A stretch of DNA of 64,000 nucleotides, from the NCBI GenBank assembly GCA_036660635.1, contig JAVXAF010000001.1:17857-81856 (forward strand). Direction: 5' to 3'. Of this stretch, positions 34,794 to 46,034 are shown piece after piece; the stretch's first letter is position 1; the number at the start of each line of letters is the position of its first letter. This stretch comes from Clostridia bacterium (GTDB lineage Bacteria; Bacillota; Clostridia; TANB77; CAG-465). Below the pieces are notes generated by a model. It was not told the origin of the DNA. It worked only from the letters and a program-made list of their open reading frames with translations, and made no database searches. A program made the translations under genes and the position numbers.

Positions 34794-37088
34794 TTATATG
34801 ATATCAAGAGGCGTATAATTTGCCATAAGTCTTTTAAACCCAGCATTTTCAAAGGTGATTTCTAATTTATAATCATCGCCTTCTTCTTCTATTTTATTAA
34901 TTATGCCAATGCCAAATTTTTTATGCTTAACCTTCATACCAACTTTATAACTAGAAGCTTTTTCTTTGTTTTCACTTTTTATAACATTACTTTGTCCTGT
35001 TACATTTTTTAAGAAACTATCTACACTAAGTCCAAACGAAGACTTAGTTGCTATTTTTTTATCAATGCTGCCAAATTTACCACCTGTTTTTGCAATAAAT
35101 CCTTCAACTTTTGTATATTCCTTGTCAAGATATGTTAAAGATGATTTTGATTTAATATTTTCTTTTGGATCTTTTTCGAAAAGTTCTACTGGAACTTCAT
35201 CCACAAATCTAGATGGCATAGTATACGTAGTAGAGCCATACATAGTTCTCTTAGAAGCATTTGTTATATACAGCTCCTCTTTTGCACGAGTTATACCAAC
35301 ATAGCAAAGTCTTCTTTCTTCTTCAACCGATTCATCTTCATCCATTGCTCTTTTTGATGGGAAAAGTCCTTCTTCCATACCTACTAAAAATACAATGTTA
35401 AATTCTAAACCTTTAGCACTATGCATTGTCATTAAAGTTACAGCCTCATCATTTTCTTCTAATTTATCAACATCAGATACTAATGCTATACTATCTAAAA
35501 AATCGGCCAAATCATTATCAGCATTTTCTTTTTCAAACTCCATTGCAACACCAATAAATTCCAATAAATTTTCAAATCTCATTTCGTTTTCTTTTGTTTG
35601 CTCATCATTTAACATAGCCTCATATCCAGATTCTTTAAGTATTAACTTCATAAGCTCAGATACAGATATCTTATCTTTTTTCTCGATTAATTTAATTATC
35701 ATTTCCCTAAAAATTAATATATTCCCTGCACTTCTTATACCTGTTAAGTTGTTGCTATCTTTCATTGCTTCAAACATTGATATGTTTTTTTTACTTGCCA
35801 CATCATCTAATTTCTCTAATGCGCTATCTCCTATCCCTCTTTTAGGTTCATTAATAATTCTTTTTAACGATATATTATCATTTGTGTTTTGAATAAACTT
35901 CATATAGCTTGTTAAATCTTTTATTTCTTTTCTAGAATAAAATTTTAGTCCTCCAATTAGTCTATATGGCGTGCCTGATCTCATAAAAACTTCTTCCAAT
36001 ACACGTGCTTGTGCATTTGTTCTAAACAGCACAGCAAAATCAGAATATGTTTTTCTTTTACTTTTACATATTTGATCTATCTTATCTACTATGTATTCAA
36101 CCTCTTCATATTCATTATTTAGCGTTGCATACTCAATTAATTTTCCATCACTTTTCCCTGTCCATAGATTCTTATCAATCTTTGATTTGTTATTTTTAAT
36201 AACTTCATTTGCTGCTTTTAAAATATTCCCCGTACTTCTATAATTTTCTTCAAGTTTTACAATTTTAGCATTTGGAAATTCTTTTTCAAAATTTAATATA
36301 TTAGCAATATCTGCTCCTCTAAATCCATAAATGCTTTGTGATTCATCACCTACAACGCATATTTTCCCATGTGAAGCTGAAAGTAGACTAATAAGTAAAA
36401 ATTGAATTTTATTTGTATCTTGATACTCATCTACAAGTATATATTTGAATTTATTTTGGTAATATGCCAATCTATCTGGATTTTCTAAAAGCATCTTTAC
36501 AGTTAGCATTATTATATCATCAAAATCTATAGCATTGTTTTTTTTCAACGTTTGTTGATACATACTATAAATTTTAGCCACCTGTTCTTTTCTAAAGTCA
36601 CCCATTGAATCTATAGCATATTTGTTATACTCAATCATTGAATCTTTTGCTTTACTTATTTCATATTTTACATATGAAACAGGATATTTTTTATCATCAA
36701 CTTCAAGTTTTTTCATAACTTCTTTTATAACTTTTTCTTTATCTAGTTCATCGAATATATTAAAATCTCTAGTATACCCAATAAGTTCTATATCCCTTTT
36801 TAAAATTCTAACACATACTGAGTGAAAAGTTCCAAGCCAAATATCACTTGCATTTTCTTTAACTAAGTTTTCAACTCTAGATTTCATTTCTTTTGCCGCT
36901 TTATTTGTAAAAGTAATGGATAAAATTTCCCATGGTTTTACAATATTTTTCTCAAGTAAATATGCTATTTTATATGTAAGTACTCGTGTTTTACCACTTC
37001 CTGCTCCAGCTAGAATTAAAAGAGGTCCCTCTATATATGCTGCGGCCTCTTTTTGTTTATCATTTAGCTCATCTAATAAATTGTTCAT
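34794..37088 (-). CDS. pcrA: ATP-dependent DNA helicase PcrA/UvrD
   Basis: ILAGAGSGKTRVLT, UvrD motifs and length. Confidence 0.9.
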   Translation of the reverse strand: MNNLLDELNDKQKEAAAYIEGPLLILAGAGSGKTRVLTYKIAYLLEKNIVKPWEILSITFTNKAAKEMKSRVENLVKENASDIWLGTFHSVCVRILKRDIELIGYTRDFNIFDELDKEKVIKEVMKKLEVDDKKYPVSYVKYEISKAKDSMIEYNKYAIDSMGDFRKEQVAKIYSMYQQTLKKNNAIDFDDIIMLTVKMLLENPDRLAYYQNKFKYILVDEYQDTNKIQFLLISLLSASHGKICVVGDESQSIYGFRGADIANILNFEKEFPNAKIVKLEENYRSTGNILKAANEVIKNNKSKIDKNLWTGKSDGKLIEYATLNNEYEEVEYIVDKIDQICKSKRKTYSDFAVLFRTNAQARVLEEVFMRSGTPYRLIGGLKFYSRKEIKDLTSYMKFIQNTNDNISLKRIINEPKRGIGDSALEKLDDVASKKNISMFEAMKDSNNLTGIRSAGNILIFREMIIKLIEKKDKISVSELMKLILKESGYEAMLNDEQTKENEMRFENLLEFIGVAMEFEKENADNDLADFLDSIALVSDVDKLEENDEAVTLMTMHSAKGLEFNIVFLVGMEEGLFPSKRAMDEDESVEEERRLCYVGITRAKEELYITNASKRTMYGSTTYTMPSRFVDEVPVELFEKDPKENIKSKSSLTYLDKEYTKVEGFIAKTGGKFGSIDKKIATKSSFGLSVDSFLKNVTGQSNVIKSENKEKASSYKVGMKVKHKKFGIGIINKIEEEGDDYKLEITFENAGFKRLMANYTPLDII

Positions 37089-37092
37089 ATTT

Positions 37093-37812
37093 TTACCCCT
37101 CTAACTCTAACATGCCACCATAATCAATAACATCTAATCCTTTAAAATCAATTATGTGCAATCCTTTTTTTTCAATATATTCTCTTATTTTATCATTTTT
37201 GTCTATCTTTTTCAAATCTCCACTAATAAAAATATTATTGCCTATTTTAGAAATTGCTCCACCTATAAATCCATTCATGTTAGAATAAGAGCCACTTTTA
37301 TCTAGTAATTTAATATCCATTTTTTCAGAAATACAAAGTACATCAATACAGCTTTTTTGTAATGCTTCAGCTATTTTTTTATCACACACAATACAACTGT
37401 TTGCCTCAACAACTGCAATACTGCATTTACTATATCCTTGATTTATATTTATTTTATTCATATTATTTTCTTGTATAATCTCAAGTATTCTTTCATCTGT
37501 ATATTTAAAATTATGTACTACATTTTCGCCTATGTTGCATACATTATATGCTATATCTTCTGGATATGAAAAGCCAACGCTTTTTACGCCTTTTAAAATG
37601 TTTCTACTATTTGTACTATTTATTATATTTTCATATTCTATAGGATCAATAATCAACTTATTTTTTATTTTCGTACAAAATATATCAACATGTGATGCTA
37701 TTTCAAAATATAATTTTTCTCTAGCCTTAATCTCTACTATTTTATAGCCTAAATTTTCCAACGTTTGTTTTTCAATTTTTCTCATCTTCTCGTCAATAAT
37801 TAGATACTTCAA
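37093..37812 (-). CDS. Hypothetical protein (239 aa) occupying the position upstream of pcrA
   Basis: ORF with no recognisable motif. It is not PcrB-like by sequence. Confidence 0.45.
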   Translation of the reverse strand: MKYLIIDEKMRKIEKQTLENLGYKIVEIKAREKLYFEIASHVDIFCTKIKNKLIIDPIEYENIINSTNSRNILKGVKSVGFSYPEDIAYNVCNIGENVVHNFKYTDERILEIIQENNMNKININQGYSKCSIAVVEANSCIVCDKKIAEALQKSCIDVLCISEKMDIKLLDKSGSYSNMNGFIGGAISKIGNNIFISGDLKKIDKNDKIREYIEKKGLHIIDFKGLDVIDYGGMLELEG

Positions 37813-38183
37813 CTAATACCTCAATTCTAATCATATATTTAGTTCATATGTATTCTCTTTAATTTATAACTAGATTTATTATACTATATATATGTAGTAT
37901 TTTTCAAGTAAATCCTTATAATTCATGCTATCTCCAAATAACTGATTCAAAAAATCTTTCTTGAAATTCAGTTAATGCTTTTTTCTCTTTATTTTGAATA
38001 TAGCTTGTCTTCTATACTTTGCTACCAATACTATATCGTACTTGTAATTATATCTTGTATGTTAAACTATTTACATCAAGTTGTACCTTAATTACTTCCA
38101 TTATAATTTTTAGCTATTGTCGAATTTCGATTTTATTTTATAATAAAGAATATTCTTTGTATAGCTGTAAGCTTTTTTAAAAT

Positions 38184-39104
38184 TTATTGTACTGATATAT
38201 TTATACCTTTAGCTATTATTTTGGCAACTATTGAAACAACTTCATCTATTTCTTTTGGTGTAACTATATAGTTTTGTGTATCAAGTATATTTGCAATAGT
38301 TTCATATCTATTTGATTCTTCTTCTTGAGTTAATTCTACTTTTTTATCTTTTAAAATTTTATTTATAGCTTCATTTGTAATTGTTGCCATATCCACAACA
38401 GTTGGAACTCCAATTGCTATTACAGGTATTCCTAAAGTTTCTTTATTTATCCCTTCTCTTTTATTTCTAACACCAGCGCCAGGGGTTATTCCTGTATTAC
38501 TAAGTTGTACAGTGTTTCCTATTCTACTGATACTTTGAGAAGCAAGAGCGTCTATTACTATGACCATACTAGCATTAATTTTTTTGACAATAGAAAATAC
38601 TATTTCTGAGGTTTCTATTCCAGTAGTACCAAGTACACCTGGTGAAATAGCACTGATTTCTCTTGTATCTGGAGTAGCCAACTCTTTTGCAAAATTTAAT
38701 ATATGTCTTGTTATTTCTATATTTTGTGCAACTTTAGGTCCAAGCGAATCTGGTGTAACTTGTTCATTTCCAAGACCTACTACAAGTATTGACTTTTCCT
38801 TTTCGTCTCCAATTAACTCTTTTAAGACTTTTGATAGAGCACTACTTATTTTTTCTTCTTCTTCTACTTCTAAACAATCAATATCATCTATTTGTATGGT
38901 AATATATTTTCCAATTTGTTTAGATACAGCTTTTTGTCCATTCTCATTTAAAACCTCAACAATAGTTGTAGATATTTTTTCATCAGAAAATGTACTTATC
39001 TTTACGCCATCAATTTCTGTCAAGTTGTGATATTTCTTATACGTATCTACTCTTTCGTCCGCCATGTCGGTTCTAAAATTTAGTTCTTTTATTTTTTGAC
39101 TCAT
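38184..39104 (-). CDS. gpr: Germination protease GPR
   Basis: NFRTDMADERVD near the N-terminus, and a size and sequence typical of spore endopeptidase GPR. Confidence 0.8.
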   Translation of the reverse strand: MSQKIKELNFRTDMADERVDTYKKYHNLTEIDGVKISTFSDEKISTTIVEVLNENGQKAVSKQIGKYITIQIDDIDCLEVEEEEKISSALSKVLKELIGDEKEKSILVVGLGNEQVTPDSLGPKVAQNIEITRHILNFAKELATPDTREISAISPGVLGTTGIETSEIVFSIVKKINASMVIVIDALASQSISRIGNTVQLSNTGITPGAGVRNKREGINKETLGIPVIAIGVPTVVDMATITNEAINKILKDKKVELTQEEESNRYETIANILDTQNYIVTPKEIDEVVSIVAKIIAKGINISVQ

Positions 39105-39191
39105 ATTAATACCTCATAATTTCTATATCTATATTATTAACCATATTTTTGATTTTAATCAAAATTAAATTATGAGATATTAATATTTTTT

Positions 39192-40109
39192 CTACATTGT
39201 TGCTATTATTTTTTTTAGTCCCACTTCAAAATCCATTTCACCATTTTTTGTTTTTTCATCATATAAATCAAATTCATAAATTATATTTTTTAGTTTTTCT
39301 AAAGTATATTTATTAGCCGAAATATTTAGGTTTTTAAATACAAATGGATGTATTTTAAGTTCTTGAGCAATATTTGGAACATTTTTTGAATTTAAGTATT
39401 TTATCATATAAATTTGCTTTACTTGCTTGTATAGCATTATATATATTTTTATTATAGATTCTTTTTGTTCTAAAAGTTCATCTAGCATCAAAATAGCGCT
39501 TTCTTTTTGTTTATTTACTATTTTACTAAGTAGATCAAATATTTTTGCATTTAAAGTTTTAGAGCATACTTTGTCTATTATTTCTTTTGTTACTTTTTTT
39601 TCGCCATCTTCTCCATCTAAATATATTACTAATTTTTGTAGTTCGTTTATATTATTAGATTTATCATTACCACAAACATTTTGAAAATACTCAGCGTCCT
39701 CACTTGTTATATCTACTTTATACCTTCTTAGCATATTAATGATATATGATGCCATTTGTTTATCATCTAAATGTTTGAATTCTCTACACTCAGCTATTTT
39801 TGATATTGTTTTATACTCACTAGTTCTTTTATCTATATTATCTTCTAATATTATAACCTTAATATCCTGATCTAAATTAGATATATATGATATGTTGAAC
39901 TTTAATTTTGTGTCTTTTATTATCACAAGTTTTTCTGATCCAAAAAATGTGACACCTTGAGTAATACTTTCTAGCTCATCAATACTTTCTTTACTTACAT
40001 AAAAAAGATTTACGCCTATTTCAAGATTTGAAAATTCTTTTTTGATTTTTTCAACTTGCATATTGATATCATATTTTTCTTCACCATAAAATAAATAAAT
40101 ATTTGACAT
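39192..40109 (-). CDS. holA: DNA polymerase III delta subunit
   Basis: IYLFYGEE start region. The internal ATG at 40109 is chosen because AGAAGG lies 8 nt upstream. Confidence 0.8.
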   Translation of the reverse strand: MSNIYLFYGEEKYDINMQVEKIKKEFSNLEIGVNLFYVSKESIDELESITQGVTFFGSEKLVIIKDTKLKFNISYISNLDQDIKVIILEDNIDKRTSEYKTISKIAECREFKHLDDKQMASYIINMLRRYKVDITSEDAEYFQNVCGNDKSNNINELQKLVIYLDGEDGEKKVTKEIIDKVCSKTLNAKIFDLLSKIVNKQKESAILMLDELLEQKESIIKIYIMLYKQVKQIYMIKYLNSKNVPNIAQELKIHPFVFKNLNISANKYTLEKLKNIIYEFDLYDEKTKNGEMDFEVGLKKIIATM

Positions 40110-40129
40110 TTTAGTGCCTTCTTTCAAAA

Positions 40130-41458
40130 TTAAATACTATTTTGTTTTTTAAACTCTTTAATACTGTTTATTGCAATATCAGCTAGTAATGTATATTTTT
40201 CTTTTTTATCTTTAATTCTTTTTTCTAATGGTTTTAATATACCAAAATTTGCATTCATAGGTTGATAATTTTTATTAATTGTCGATACATACTTTGACAG
40301 ACTTCCAAGCATAGTTTCTTCTGGAAACGTAAGAATTTTATCATTTAGTCTTGCAATGATATTATACGCTACAATTAATCCTGAAGCTGCAGACTCAACA
40401 TATCCTTCTACTCCCGAGACTTGTCCTGCAAAATATATATTACCATTTTGCTTTAAAGAAAAATCACTATTTAGCAATTTACCTCCATTAATATATGTGT
40501 TTTTATGCATTACACCATATCGTACAAAATTTGCTTCTTTAAGACCTGGTATCATACTAAATACTCTTTTTTGTTCTTTAAAGTTAAGGCTGGTTTGAAA
40601 TCCAACTAAATTATATAATGTTTTTTCTTTGTTTTCTGCTCTTAATTGAACTACTGCATACATTTTTTCACCCGTTTTAGGATTATCCAAACCAACTGGT
40701 TTTAAAGGCCCAAAAGTAAGCGTTTTTTCTCCTCTTTTAGCCATTTGTTCAATTGGCATACATCCTTCAAAAAGTACTAATTTATCGAATTCATGTCTAG
40801 TAGCCTCTTTAGCATTAATTAACTCGTTATAAAAATCAAAATATTCTTTTTTATTCATCGGTAAATTTATATAATCACCTTTTTTTTCTGTCGAATATCT
40901 ATCCATTACATAGGCAATACTCATATCAATACTCTCAGCTTCAACAATTGGTGCTGCAGCATCGTAAAAATACATCCCTTCATCTCCAACCAATTTTTGT
41001 ATGTTTTGAAAAAGTTTTTCTGATGTAAGCGGTCCTGTTGCAATTACCGTGATCCCTTCTAACTCATTTATATCTATTATTTCTTTATTTATAACATGTA
41101 TGTTTTTTTCTTGCATTATAGTTTTTGTTATATAATTTGAAAACTCATCTCTATCTACTGCTAAAGCTTGACCGGCAGGAACCTTTGACATATATGCAGA
41201 TTCAACAAATAAGCTGCCAAGTAATCTCATTTCCTCTTTTAAAAGTCCACATGCATTAGTAAGCGACTCAGACTTTAAAGAATTGCTACACACAAGTTCT
41301 GCCATATTATCACTAGTATGAGCAGGAGACTTTTTAATAGGTTTCATATCATATAGATTTACTTCCACTCCATTTTTTGCAAGTATAAAAGCGCATTCTG
41401 TCCCCGCAAGGCCTGCACCTATTATATTAATTTTTTCTGTTTTTTTTATACTAATCAC
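40130..41458 (-). CDS. trmFO: Methylenetetrahydrofolate--tRNA-(uracil-5-)-methyltransferase TrmFO
   Basis: INIIGAGLAGTECAF FAD-binding N-terminus and overall similarity. Confidence 0.9.
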   Translation of the reverse strand: MISIKKTEKINIIGAGLAGTECAFILAKNGVEVNLYDMKPIKKSPAHTSDNMAELVCSNSLKSESLTNACGLLKEEMRLLGSLFVESAYMSKVPAGQALAVDRDEFSNYITKTIMQEKNIHVINKEIIDINELEGITVIATGPLTSEKLFQNIQKLVGDEGMYFYDAAAPIVEAESIDMSIAYVMDRYSTEKKGDYINLPMNKKEYFDFYNELINAKEATRHEFDKLVLFEGCMPIEQMAKRGEKTLTFGPLKPVGLDNPKTGEKMYAVVQLRAENKEKTLYNLVGFQTSLNFKEQKRVFSMIPGLKEANFVRYGVMHKNTYINGGKLLNSDFSLKQNGNIYFAGQVSGVEGYVESAASGLIVAYNIIARLNDKILTFPEETMLGSLSKYVSTINKNYQPMNANFGILKPLEKRIKDKKEKYTLLADIAINSIKEFKKQNSI

Positions 41459-41623
41459 TCCATTACAAAAATATACAAAATTAGTGTATATTCTTGCAAA
41501 AGCTTTACAAGAATATACATTTTTCTTACCTATATTATATTATAATATATTTGTATTTACAATACATTATCCCAAATTCCTTTATTTTAAAATATAATAT
41601 ATTTAACTTAAATAAAAAGCAAG

Positions 41624-41656
41624 AAATTAAATTCTTGCTTTTTATTTTAATAGGCA
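41624..41656 (-). terminator. topA terminator (palindromic, likely bidirectional)
   Basis: aaagcaagaaattaaattcttgcttt flanked by A/T runs. Confidence 0.55.
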
Positions 41657-41669
41657 TCTAACTTGCAAT

Positions 41670-43673
41670 TTAGCCTTGCTCGCCTGTTTCTTTATTATCA
41701 TTTTTTTCTTCTTGCTTTGGCTTATTCCATGAAATATAATCACATTTACTATCTTCTTTGTTAGTATTGTTTTCACATACGTAAAATATTTTCTTAGCTT
41801 TAGTTTTTCTTATTACTACTTTCCCACCACATTTTGGGCAAGGAATATCAATTGCTTGAACTATTGCTTTAGTATTTTTACACTCAGGGTATCCTGGACA
41901 TGCCAAGAACTTTCCAAATCTTCCTTGCTTTATAACCATGTTTTTTCCACACAATTCACATTTTTGATCTGTAACTTCTTCTGGAATTTTGACCCTTTCA
42001 ATTTTATCTTCAACTTCATTAAATTTTTGTATAAAAGGATCATAAAAGTCATGTAACATAGCAATATAATTTTCTTTATTTTCTGCTACTTTATCCAATT
42101 TACTCTCCATATTTGCTGTAAACTTAACATCAACAATATTTTGAAAATTATCTTCCATTAAAGTATTTACAATATCTCCTAAATCTGTTGGAAGTATATA
42201 TTTTTTTTCTTTTTCAATATATACTCTGTCTTCTAATGTTGATATTGTGGGAGCATATGTACTAGGTCTACCTATTCCTTTTTCTTCCATAACTTTAACT
42301 AAACTTGCCTCTGTATATCTAGCAGGCGGTTCTGTAAATTTTTGCTCTTTGATTAATTTCACTTGTTTTAATATATCTCCTACTTTTATATCAGGTAACA
42401 TTGAGTTTTGATCATCATCTTCTGTTTTATTTTTTTCATCTTTTCCTTCGATATATAGTTTCATAAAACCGTCAAACTTCATAATACTTCCATTAATATT
42501 AAATACATATTCTTCAACTTCTACTCTTATTTTTGTAGTATCATAAATAGCTATAGCCATCTGGCTTGCTAAAAATCTATTAAGTATTAAAGTATATAAT
42601 TTTTGTTCATCTTTTGAAATACTCTCTAAAATTTTATTTATATTTAAAAGATTACTTGGCCTTATAGCTTCATGGGCATCTTGAGCTGTATCTTTTGTTT
42701 TATAGAACCTATTTGAATAATATTCTTTTCCATATTTTTCTTCAATATACTCTTTTGCCATATTTCTTGCATCTTCTGAAATTCTAGTCGAGTCAGTTCT
42801 CATATATGTTATATATCCAGCCTCATACAGTCTTTGTGCAACCATCATTGTCTTTTTAACGGAAAATCCAATTTTTCTTGAAGCTTCTTGTTGAAGTGAA
42901 GATGTTGTAAAAGGTGGTGCTGGATTTTTCTTTCTCTCACTTTTTTTTACATCTGTTACAATATATTGTTTATTGTCTATTTTATCTACAATCTCTTTAA
43001 CTTGCTCTTGGTTTGTAAGTTCTATTTTGTGAGATTTATCACCGTAAAACTTTGCAACCACATTACTTTTTCCACTTTTTAAAAGAGCACTAAGAATCCA
43101 ATATTCTTTTGATACAAAACTTTTAATTTCACGTTCCTTATCTATAATTATTTTAAGTGTAACAGACTGTACTCTTCCAGCACTTAATCCTTTTTTTATT
43201 TTTTTCCAAAGTAGCGGGCTTAAAGTATATCCTACTAATCTATCTAGAATTCTTCTAGCTTGCTGTGCGTCAACTAAATTTTGATCAACTGTTCTAGCAT
43301 TCTTAACAGCTTTTTTTATTGCAGTTTCTGTTATTTCATTAAATTCTATTCTACATTTTTGATTATCTTTTATTTTTAAAACATTTTTTATATGCCACGC
43401 AATAGCTTCTCCCTCACGATCTGGATCGGTAGCAAGATATACAATATCTTTATCTTTTGCGTTATCTTTTATTAGTTTAACTATTTTTGCTTTGCCCTTC
43501 ATTGTTTTATACTCAGGTTTAAAATCATTTTGTGTATCAACCCCTAGTTTACTACTAGGTAAATCTATTATATGACCTTGCGAAGCAATTACTTCGTAAT
43601 CTTTTCCTAAATATTTTTTAATTGTTTTTGCCTTCGATGGTGACTCTACTATTACTAATTTCACAAATATCAA
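41670..43673 (-). CDS. topA: DNA topoisomerase I
   Basis: VIVESPSKAKTI Toprim start and C-terminal Zn ribbons. Confidence 0.95.
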   Translation of the reverse strand: MIFVKLVIVESPSKAKTIKKYLGKDYEVIASQGHIIDLPSSKLGVDTQNDFKPEYKTMKGKAKIVKLIKDNAKDKDIVYLATDPDREGEAIAWHIKNVLKIKDNQKCRIEFNEITETAIKKAVKNARTVDQNLVDAQQARRILDRLVGYTLSPLLWKKIKKGLSAGRVQSVTLKIIIDKEREIKSFVSKEYWILSALLKSGKSNVVAKFYGDKSHKIELTNQEQVKEIVDKIDNKQYIVTDVKKSERKKNPAPPFTTSSLQQEASRKIGFSVKKTMMVAQRLYEAGYITYMRTDSTRISEDARNMAKEYIEEKYGKEYYSNRFYKTKDTAQDAHEAIRPSNLLNINKILESISKDEQKLYTLILNRFLASQMAIAIYDTTKIRVEVEEYVFNINGSIMKFDGFMKLYIEGKDEKNKTEDDDQNSMLPDIKVGDILKQVKLIKEQKFTEPPARYTEASLVKVMEEKGIGRPSTYAPTISTLEDRVYIEKEKKYILPTDLGDIVNTLMEDNFQNIVDVKFTANMESKLDKVAENKENYIAMLHDFYDPFIQKFNEVEDKIERVKIPEEVTDQKCELCGKNMVIKQGRFGKFLACPGYPECKNTKAIVQAIDIPCPKCGGKVVIRKTKAKKIFYVCENNTNKEDSKCDYISWNKPKQEEKNDNKETGEQG

Positions 43674-43718
43674 CCTTCCATTCTGATTTTGTATTATATC
43701 ATATAGTTTTTGTTATAG

Positions 43719-44879
43719 TCAATCTTTATATATGATATTTAGCAAATTAGTAAGGCATCTTGTAGCAAGTTTAGCCTCATCTATTGTGTTTCCTGTTGCT
43801 CCTACTTCCACTAAAAGTGAATATTTATTCAAATCTTGATTATATACTGAGTTTCTTATTATCATTGATCTAAATAATCCAGGATAAATTTTATTTGCTA
43901 AATGTTGAATTTTAATAGCTAGTGCTAAATTATCCTCATAATACATATTTTTTGTAGTATCGCTCCCTACACCCATTACAAACATCAATTGTGCAACTTG
44001 TACTCCATTTATTGTTACAATAGGTCTAAAATCTAAATTAGATGATGCATCTCTGTGTACATCTATTGATATTCCAGCTCCACCTAAGCTATGTAAAGCC
44101 TCTTTTACAGTAATTCTAGACTTAGAATACGCGCTTGTATAAGTTCCATAATCATGTGGAGTTGTATTTTGAATAGGAGAAATTCCTTTATCTAAAAGAT
44201 TATTATTTAACTCTTTTGCAATACATAACATATTATAGTTTGCATCTGTTGTCCTTGAAGTACCTGTATATTCAAATTTATATTTTTCACTATTTGCATA
44301 GGTCTCTGAAGTATGGGTATTATATATTAAAACCTTATCACTTTTTTTTGCAAGATTTATATTTTTAGAAAGTAATCCATTAAAATCAATTTCTCTTTTT
44401 GTTGAATAATTTAATATTTTCATATTATTTATACTTATTCTTTGAATTTTCTTTGAATTTTCTGTTATATCAATAGTTGGAGCAAATTTCAAAAATACTT
44501 CCTCTATGTTTTCTTTATTTGCTAATGCGTCTATTTTTTCATAATTTGTTTTATTATCCATCTTAGTATTTTTTGTATCTATATCTTTAAAATTTTCTTT
44601 ACTTTTTTCCATCACATAATTTTTTTCGTTAAATATATTATATACAGCAACCAAATTTTTAGCTTCAAATTTTTCATCTTCTGCTTGTCTAAAATTGGTT
44701 GCAAAATTTAAAATTTTAGCATTAATTTTCACTTTTGTTAAAACAAAAATAGCTACTAAAAAAATGCAAATAATAGCTAAAAAATATGATATATTAAAAT
44801 TATAACTTTCACTACTTCTTTTATGTATTTTTGTTCTTTTATTATTTTTATCCATTAAAAAAACGGTCGTAATTTTCAT
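43719..44879 (-). CDS. spoIIP: Stage II sporulation protein P
   Basis: IYNTHTSETY...DVHRDAS motifs of SpoIIP. Confidence 0.8.
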   Translation of the reverse strand: MKITTVFLMDKNNKRTKIHKRSSESYNFNISYFLAIICIFLVAIFVLTKVKINAKILNFATNFRQAEDEKFEAKNLVAVYNIFNEKNYVMEKSKENFKDIDTKNTKMDNKTNYEKIDALANKENIEEVFLKFAPTIDITENSKKIQRISINNMKILNYSTKREIDFNGLLSKNINLAKKSDKVLIYNTHTSETYANSEKYKFEYTGTSRTTDANYNMLCIAKELNNNLLDKGISPIQNTTPHDYGTYTSAYSKSRITVKEALHSLGGAGISIDVHRDASSNLDFRPIVTINGVQVAQLMFVMGVGSDTTKNMYYEDNLALAIKIQHLANKIYPGLFRSMIIRNSVYNQDLNKYSLLVEVGATGNTIDEAKLATRCLTNLLNIIYKD

Positions 44880-44927
44880 AAACGTTCTCCTTCGTTTAAT
44901 TTTATTACGACCTAATAAAATATATTC

Positions 44928-45347
44928 CTAATCTAGTAGTGTATTCATCTCTTCGCTATATTTATCTAACAACCTTATTGCTTTTTCTTTAAGATCAATC
45001 ACTTCTTTTTTCATATCAAGTAGTTTTTCTTTTTCCATTTCTATTAAATGCTCTATTCTATCTTTTTCTTGCATAGCTTCATTTCTTGAATTTTCTATTA
45101 TTTTTTTAGCTTGATCTTCTGCTGTAATAAGCGCATTAGCAACTTTTTCTTGTCTTAATACATAATCTGTTTCATATCTTTCAAGTTTTTTCTTAACTAT
45201 TGTAAGTTCATTAGCTACTCTATTTGCATCAGAACGTTCTGCTTGAAGTTTACTTTCATACTCAGCTTTCATAGCTTTTACATAGTCTTCAACTTCTTTT
45301 TTATCATAACCGAACATTTCACTTCCAAACTTCTTTTCATTCTCCAT
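44928..45347 (-). CDS. DivIVA-domain protein (GpsB/DivIVA-like)
   Basis: FGYDKKEVEDYV N-terminal DivIVA motif followed by a coiled coil. Confidence 0.75.
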   Translation of the reverse strand: MENEKKFGSEMFGYDKKEVEDYVKAMKAEYESKLQAERSDANRVANELTIVKKKLERYETDYVLRQEKVANALITAEDQAKKIIENSRNEAMQEKDRIEHLIEMEKEKLLDMKKEVIDLKEKAIRLLDKYSEEMNTLLD

Positions 45348-45563
45348 TTAAACTACCTCCATTACTGCGTTTTTTTATGACATGCCTATTATATCAAATT
45401 TTTCTCTACTTTTCAACTTTTTTTAATAAAAGTAGTTATTTTGGTTAAAAGTTAACAATATTAAAATATAATTAAAAAAATTAATATTGTTTAGCCTATA
45501 ACTTTGTTTGACTTTTTATTATATTTTTAAAAAATATGCTAATACTAACTTTAGGTGATAATA

Positions 45564-46022
45564 ATGAGTTCAAATATTTCTATGTCAAATCAAGAATATT
45601 CAGATTATGTAGATTCTAAAGCAAAAAATAGTCCGGTTTTAAAAGATATATTACTTGCTTTTTTAGTTGGAGGATTAATCTGTACTATAGGTCAACTAAT
45701 AACAAATGGTTTTTTAGCAATGGGATACCAAAAAGAAATCGCGAGTACTATTACAACGATCATTTTGATATTTCTTGGCGCATTTTTAACTGCAATAAAT
45801 TTATATTCCAAAATAGGTAAATTTGCAGGTGCCGGTTCTATCGTTCCAATAACTGGATTTTCAAACTCCATTGTAGCTCCAGCTATTGAATTTAAGACAG
45901 AAGGCTATATACTCGGTCTAGGTGCAAATATGTTTAAAATAGCAGGTCCAGTATTAGTATATGGTATTACCTCTTCAGTAATTGTTGGATTTGTCTATTG
46001 GATAATTAAATTATTTATTTAA
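45564..46022 (+). CDS. spoVAC: Stage V sporulation protein AC
   Basis: The ATG at 45564 has an aggtga SD; the protein is polytopic SpoVAC-like. Confidence 0.85.
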   Translation: MSSNISMSNQEYSDYVDSKAKNSPVLKDILLAFLVGGLICTIGQLITNGFLAMGYQKEIASTITTIILIFLGAFLTAINLYSKIGKFAGAGSIVPITGFSNSIVAPAIEFKTEGYILGLGANMFKIAGPVLVYGITSSVIVGFVYWIIKLFI

Positions 46023-46034
46023 CGGAGGTATAAA

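Noticed and set aside
37093-37812. Identification of the 239-aa ORF as PcrB (heptaprenylglyceryl phosphate synthase) from its position next to pcrA
   Set aside because: No similarity to PcrB/GGGPS signature regions was detectable by eye.
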